Part shown: in pieces, positions 60,385 to 64,000 of the stretch
Layout: every line of letters starts with the position of its first letter
Position numbering within the stretch: the first letter of the stretch is position 1
Assembly: GCA_963827275.1 (NCBI GenBank)
Contig: CAWHAA010000005.1
Location: forward strand, 320,001-384,000
DNA length: 64,000 bases
Reading direction: 5' to 3'
Origin: an uncultured Spirochaetota bacterium
Lineage (GTDB): Bacteria > Spirochaetota > UBA4802 > UBA5550
Translations under genes and position numbers: made by a program
The notes under the pieces: generated by a model
Told to the model about the DNA's origin: nothing
Database searches by the model: none
Seen by the model: only the letters and a program-made list of their open reading frames with translations

Positions 60385-61683
60385 CTACACCTCGACATGC
60401 GCCGATCTGAGCTGCTGGCTGTTCTCGAGCGAGATGAAATCCTCATCGAACGAATACCAGATGACCTGGTAGTCTTTCCTGAAGTCCTTGACGTCGTCGC
60501 CGACGAACTTCCCGTCCATCAGGCAGTGCTTCATGAAATCGGCGATCATCTCCATCTCGCGCTCCTGCATGCCGAAGCGGGTCATCTCCTGGACGCCGAT
60601 GCGGACGCCGCTCGGGTTGCTCACCTTCCCCAGCGGGTCGAAGGGGAGCAGGTTCATGTTCAGGATGATGTTATTGTCCTTCAGGACGCGGGACACTTCG
60701 TCGCCGCCGCCCAGTTCTTTCACGTTGACCGCCACCTGGTGGCTCTCGGTGTACCCGAATTCCTTGGCCTCGACATTGAAGCCCCTGTTCTCCAGGGCAA
60801 CGGCCAGCGCCTTCGCGTTCCGTATCACCTGCTCCGCGTACGCCTCGCCGAACACCATGAACTCGAACGTCGTGATGGAAAGAGAGACCAGCGTGTCGAG
60901 GTGGTGGTTGCTCGAGCTCCCCGGGAACGCCCCCTTGTCTATCTTGGCCCAGTCAGTGTCCTTCATGTTGCTGAAGACGATGCCGCGCTGCGAGCCGAAG
61001 AAGGTCTTGTGCGTGCTCGCGTTCACCACCTGCGCACCCTCTTTGAGCGGGTTCTGGAAGCGTTTCCCGGCGATGAGCCCCAGCACGTGGGCCGCGTCGT
61101 AAATAAGGATGATGCCGTTCTCGCGGCAGATGGTCGCCAGCTCCTTTACGGGATCGGGAAAGAGGTAGAGGCTCTTGCCCATGATCATGACCTTGACCGG
61201 CACCTTCTGGAGTATATTGATGGTCTCCTTGACGTCGATGTGGTACCCGTCCGGCGTAAGCGGGAAATTGATGATGTTCGAGGTATACTTACCGACCGAT
61301 CCGTGGCGGTGGTGGCTGATATGGCCGCCGCCGGAAGTGGAGTTGACCATGACGATATCGCCCGGCTTGATGTAGCGGCTGAATACCGCGTCATTCGCCA
61401 CGGTCCCGGAAATGGGCCGCACGTCCAGGTGCTTGCAGTCAAAAAGCGACTTCAGGTGCTGCTTTACCCTGGCCTCGATCTCGTCGATGATCTCCGTGCC
61501 CTGGTAATACCGCTCGCCCGGGTGCCCCTCCGCGTAGCGGTGGCAGAAGTCCGAGCCCATCACCCCCCGGGCGCGCTTGCTCATCACGTTTTCACTGGCT
61601 ATCAGGTTTATGGTGCCCATGCGCCATTCGTTCTGCGTCTTTACGAGCTCTTCAATCCGCTCGATATTTCGTTGATATATCAT
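60385..61683 (-). CDS. glyA: Serine hydroxymethyltransferase (archaeal-like)
   Basis: NLIASEN, YAEGHPGERYYQG, GGHISH, YDAAH, STHKTFFGSQRG. Confidence 0.95.
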   Translation of the reverse strand: MIYQRNIERIEELVKTQNEWRMGTINLIASENVMSKRARGVMGSDFCHRYAEGHPGERYYQGTEIIDEIEARVKQHLKSLFDCKHLDVRPISGTVANDAVFSRYIKPGDIVMVNSTSGGGHISHHRHGSVGKYTSNIINFPLTPDGYHIDVKETINILQKVPVKVMIMGKSLYLFPDPVKELATICRENGIILIYDAAHVLGLIAGKRFQNPLKEGAQVVNASTHKTFFGSQRGIVFSNMKDTDWAKIDKGAFPGSSSNHHLDTLVSLSITTFEFMVFGEAYAEQVIRNAKALAVALENRGFNVEAKEFGYTESHQVAVNVKELGGGDEVSRVLKDNNIILNMNLLPFDPLGKVSNPSGVRIGVQEMTRFGMQEREMEMIADFMKHCLMDGKFVGDDVKDFRKDYQVIWYSFDEDFISLENSQQLRSAHVEV

Positions 61684-61846
61684 GGCTTTCTCGCTATTTT
61701 TATATAATGAATGAAGATATTCGTAACTTTATCAAGAAATACATTTATAATGTCAACCAGAAAGATGCTATTATTGAAAAAAGATGGCTCCCCCCGTTTT
61801 TCTTATTGACACGTACAACTTTTATTTTTAATAAATGCAAAAGTCA

Positions 61847-61920
61847 GGGCAATTAGCTCAGTCGGTTAGAGCGCCTGCCTCACATGCAGGAGGTCGATGG
61901 TTCGAGTCCATTATTGCCCA
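61847..61920 (+). tRNA. tRNA-Val (anticodon CAC)
   Basis: Acceptor GGGCAAT/ATTGCCC, D arm AGCTCAGTCGGTTAGAGC, anticodon arm CCTGC-CTCACAT-GCAGG, GGTTCGAGTCC; CCA not encoded. Confidence 0.95.
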
Positions 61921-62058
61921 CAGAAAACAAACCCTGCAACACACATATAAAAAAGGGCGGCCCGGGGGGTTCTACCCGCAGCAGGAAAACATTCCGCGGC
62001 ACAATAGATGCAACAAAAAACAAGTCATTTTTTCATATCACCCGAGACCCTTGATAAA

Positions 62059-62283
62059 ATGAATATTGATTCGCGGCTCGATACCTATATCCGCGAATCG
62101 TTGAAACGCCATATGAACGGCGAGTATGTCGACTGCGGCGACCGCCAGATCTCAGATTATCTTTATGATAATCTGCAGATATGGATACTGACCAGGGACG
62201 GCACCACGTCAATCATCATATCCGGCAAGATTGACGAGTTGAACAAGCTCTGCCTGAAGCCGGAAGAAACGGCCGCGAGCTGA
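62059..62283 (+). CDS. Hypothetical protein
   Basis: 74-aa ORF between the tRNA and lspA; no motif recognised. Confidence 0.5.
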   Translation: MNIDSRLDTYIRESLKRHMNGEYVDCGDRQISDYLYDNLQIWILTRDGTTSIIISGKIDELNKLCLKPEETAAS

Positions 62284-62336
62284 GCGTGACGCGCGGCCGG
62301 CAATCGATTTTTCCCGCTGTGCGGAGCAGGACCTGA

Positions 62337-62876
62337 ATGAAAAGAACGATTTTACGGATCCTTGTCATCCTTCTCGTTATATCCATCAACATCGGCTGTG
62401 ATCAATACACCAAGCATCTCGCCGGAAAGAGCCTGCGGGGCGCCGGCACCGTCGCTGTAATCGGCGATTACTTCGTTCTCCGCTACGCCGAAAACCGGGG
62501 GGCGTTTTTAAGCATTTTTTCCGGGATACCGAAAGCGATATGGATCCTCGTTCTTCTGATACTGCCGGCCATCGCCCTTGCCGGGATGACCTTCTTTCTG
62601 ATATACAGCAGAACAATTCCCTGGCGCTACCTTGTTACCCTCTCGTGCCTGCCGGGCGGCGGCATCAGCAATGTGATGATCGACCGCCTGTTCAATAACG
62701 GCTACGTGATCGATTTCATGAACATCGGCATCGGAAACATCCGGTCGGGTATTTTCAATTGCGCCGACCTGTCCATCATCATCGGGTGCTGTGCAATGCT
62801 GGTATATGCTTTTAAAATAAAAAGCGGGAGCCCCCCGGGAAACAACACGCAACAGAGGAGAGCAACATGGAACTGA
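62337..62876 (+). CDS. lspA: Signal peptidase II
   Basis: DQYTK, ENRGAFLS, GGISN..DR, VIDF, IFNCAD. Confidence 0.92.
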   Translation: MKRTILRILVILLVISINIGCDQYTKHLAGKSLRGAGTVAVIGDYFVLRYAENRGAFLSIFSGIPKAIWILVLLILPAIALAGMTFFLIYSRTIPWRYLVTLSCLPGGGISNVMIDRLFNNGYVIDFMNIGIGNIRSGIFNCADLSIIIGCCAMLVYAFKIKSGSPPGNNTQQRRATWN

Positions 62877-63250
62877 TCGGCCTGACCCTGATCTTCATCA
62901 TCGCCGGGTGTATCGCCATCGCGACCGCGCTTTCAGCGGTATTCATCTGGATCGGCTCGAAATTCACCAGCGTCCCGGACACCACGTTCGGGAAGGCGTT
63001 CTACGCCGCGCTTCTCTCCAGCGTCGCGGTCTGGGCCCTGACCGGGCTGGGGACGGCATTCTTCGGCATCGGTTCACTTGCCGGCTGGCTCCTCGGCATC
63101 GCGATCACGCTCTGGATACTGAAATACGTGTACGCGACGGACTGGGGGAAGGCCGTGCTGATCTGGATATTCACCGGCATTGCCCATCTGATCGTCGCCG
63201 TGACCATGATCATCCTCCTGGTCAGCGGGGCGATAGCGCTGGCGCTCTGA
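62867..63250 (+). CDS. Hypothetical 4-TM membrane protein
   Basis: Hydrophobic ORF with GAGGAG RBS. Confidence 0.75.
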   Translation: MELIGLTLIFIIAGCIAIATALSAVFIWIGSKFTSVPDTTFGKAFYAALLSSVAVWALTGLGTAFFGIGSLAGWLLGIAITLWILKYVYATDWGKAVLIWIFTGIAHLIVAVTMIILLVSGAIALAL

Positions 63251-63329
63251 ACAGGCGGCGCCGGATCAGCCGGACGGGACCGGCCGGCAATCATGCAGTG
63301 GACCATTATCAGCCCGGGGAAGAATTCAT

Positions 63330-63812
63330 GTGATGATACGTCAATGCCACGAACCGGACTTCGACGCCATGCTCCGCGTCATTAACGATTCCGCGCAGGC
63401 ATACCGCGGCGTGATCCCGGCCGACCGGTGGCATGAGCCATACATGTCGCGTGAAGAGCTGGCGCGGGAAATCAGGGACGGCATTCTCTTCTGGGGCTGC
63501 GAACGGGACGGCGCCCTTCTCGGCGTGATGGGAATCCAGGACGTGATCGACGTGACCCTGATCAGGCATGCCTATGTAGCGACCAGAGAGCGCGGAAAGG
63601 GGATCGGGAGCGGCCTCCTGACCGGGCTCATCGCGCAAACGGACCGGCCGCTGTTGATAGGCACCTGGGCGGATGCGGTCTGGGCAATTCGTTTTTATGA
63701 GAAGCACGGCTTCCGGCTGGTATCACCCGAAGAAAAAGACCGCTTGCTGAAAAAATACTGGAAGATACCGGCGCGGCAGGTGGAAACCTCCGTCGTCCTT
63801 GTCGGACAGTAA
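63330..63812 (+). CDS. GNAT acetyltransferase
   Basis: RGKGIGSGLL, AIRFYEKHGF. Confidence 0.9.
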   Translation: MMIRQCHEPDFDAMLRVINDSAQAYRGVIPADRWHEPYMSREELAREIRDGILFWGCERDGALLGVMGIQDVIDVTLIRHAYVATRERGKGIGSGLLTGLIAQTDRPLLIGTWADAVWAIRFYEKHGFRLVSPEEKDRLLKKYWKIPARQVETSVVLVGQ

Positions 63813-63836
63813 TCCCTTCCGCCCGGACAGCGGCCC

Positions 63837-64000
63837 TTACATGCCGGGCATGCTGGTAAAAACGCCCAGCGGGTCCACCTCGTTCCGCAGGACCGCCAGC
63901 ATCTCAGCCGAGGGCGCGGGTGTCACGGGGATCTCGCCATCGGGCTTGAGGAGCTCGAAGCCGGTTGCCATCTGGGCAAGGCCCATCGGCACGCCCGGGT
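63837..64000 (-). CDS. C-terminal end of a CoA-transferase beta subunit (truncated by window edge)
   Basis: Manual translation PGVPMGLAQMATGFEL...TPAPSAEMLAVLRNEVDPLGVF. Confidence 0.65.
   Translation of the reverse strand, partial: PGVPMGLAQMATGFELLKPDGEIPVTPAPSAEMLAVLRNEVDPLGVFTSMPGM

Noticed and set aside
60115..61707. Long antisense ORFs (530 aa here; also 32720-34036, 34653-35807, 53128-54192)
   Set aside because: Shadow frames of GC-rich genes with no recognisable motifs
61847..62283. tRNA-Val as the integration site of an island
   Set aside because: No integrase and no duplicated tRNA 3' end seen in the window

Overview
GC-rich chromosome segment of an anaerobic bacterium. A Bat operon and a Leptospira-DUF1564-like ORF hint weakly at a spirochaete, while the C1 genes look Desulfobacterota-like. 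Left to right: mazG; a MoxR/DUF58/Bat operon; fba; housekeeping and transport genes; thyA; an AT-rich patch of small ORFs; a Wood-Ljungdahl cluster (fhs, RACo/acsV, cooC, fosX-pabB-pabC insert, folD, small ORF, acsD, cooS, acsB, acsC; no acsE or metF seen); a tungstate ABC-fmdE-modE-methylase operon; two selenocysteine formate dehydrogenase operons with SECIS hairpins (cytoplasmic NuoEF-linked, and periplasmic Tat-exported with a pentaheme cytochrome); DUF3786, second cooC, queD, glyA, tRNA-Val(CAC), lspA and a truncated CoA-transferase. Seven single-base frameshifts split acsV, cooS, acsB, acsC and fdhA and are probably sequencing errors. The least explained signals are non-coding: (A) a recurrent 16-bp palindrome ACCGATA(AC/GT)TATCGGT alternating with TT(A/G)CTCTGACCCC in arrays; (B) paired REP-like GC hairpins, one pair enclosing a decayed DUF559-like nuclease remnant; (C) the same palindrome before both CFeSP genes; a 48-bp inverted repeat over the acsV promoter; and a structured leader before the NuoEF-FDH operon. 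All family assignments come from motif recognition, not database searches.
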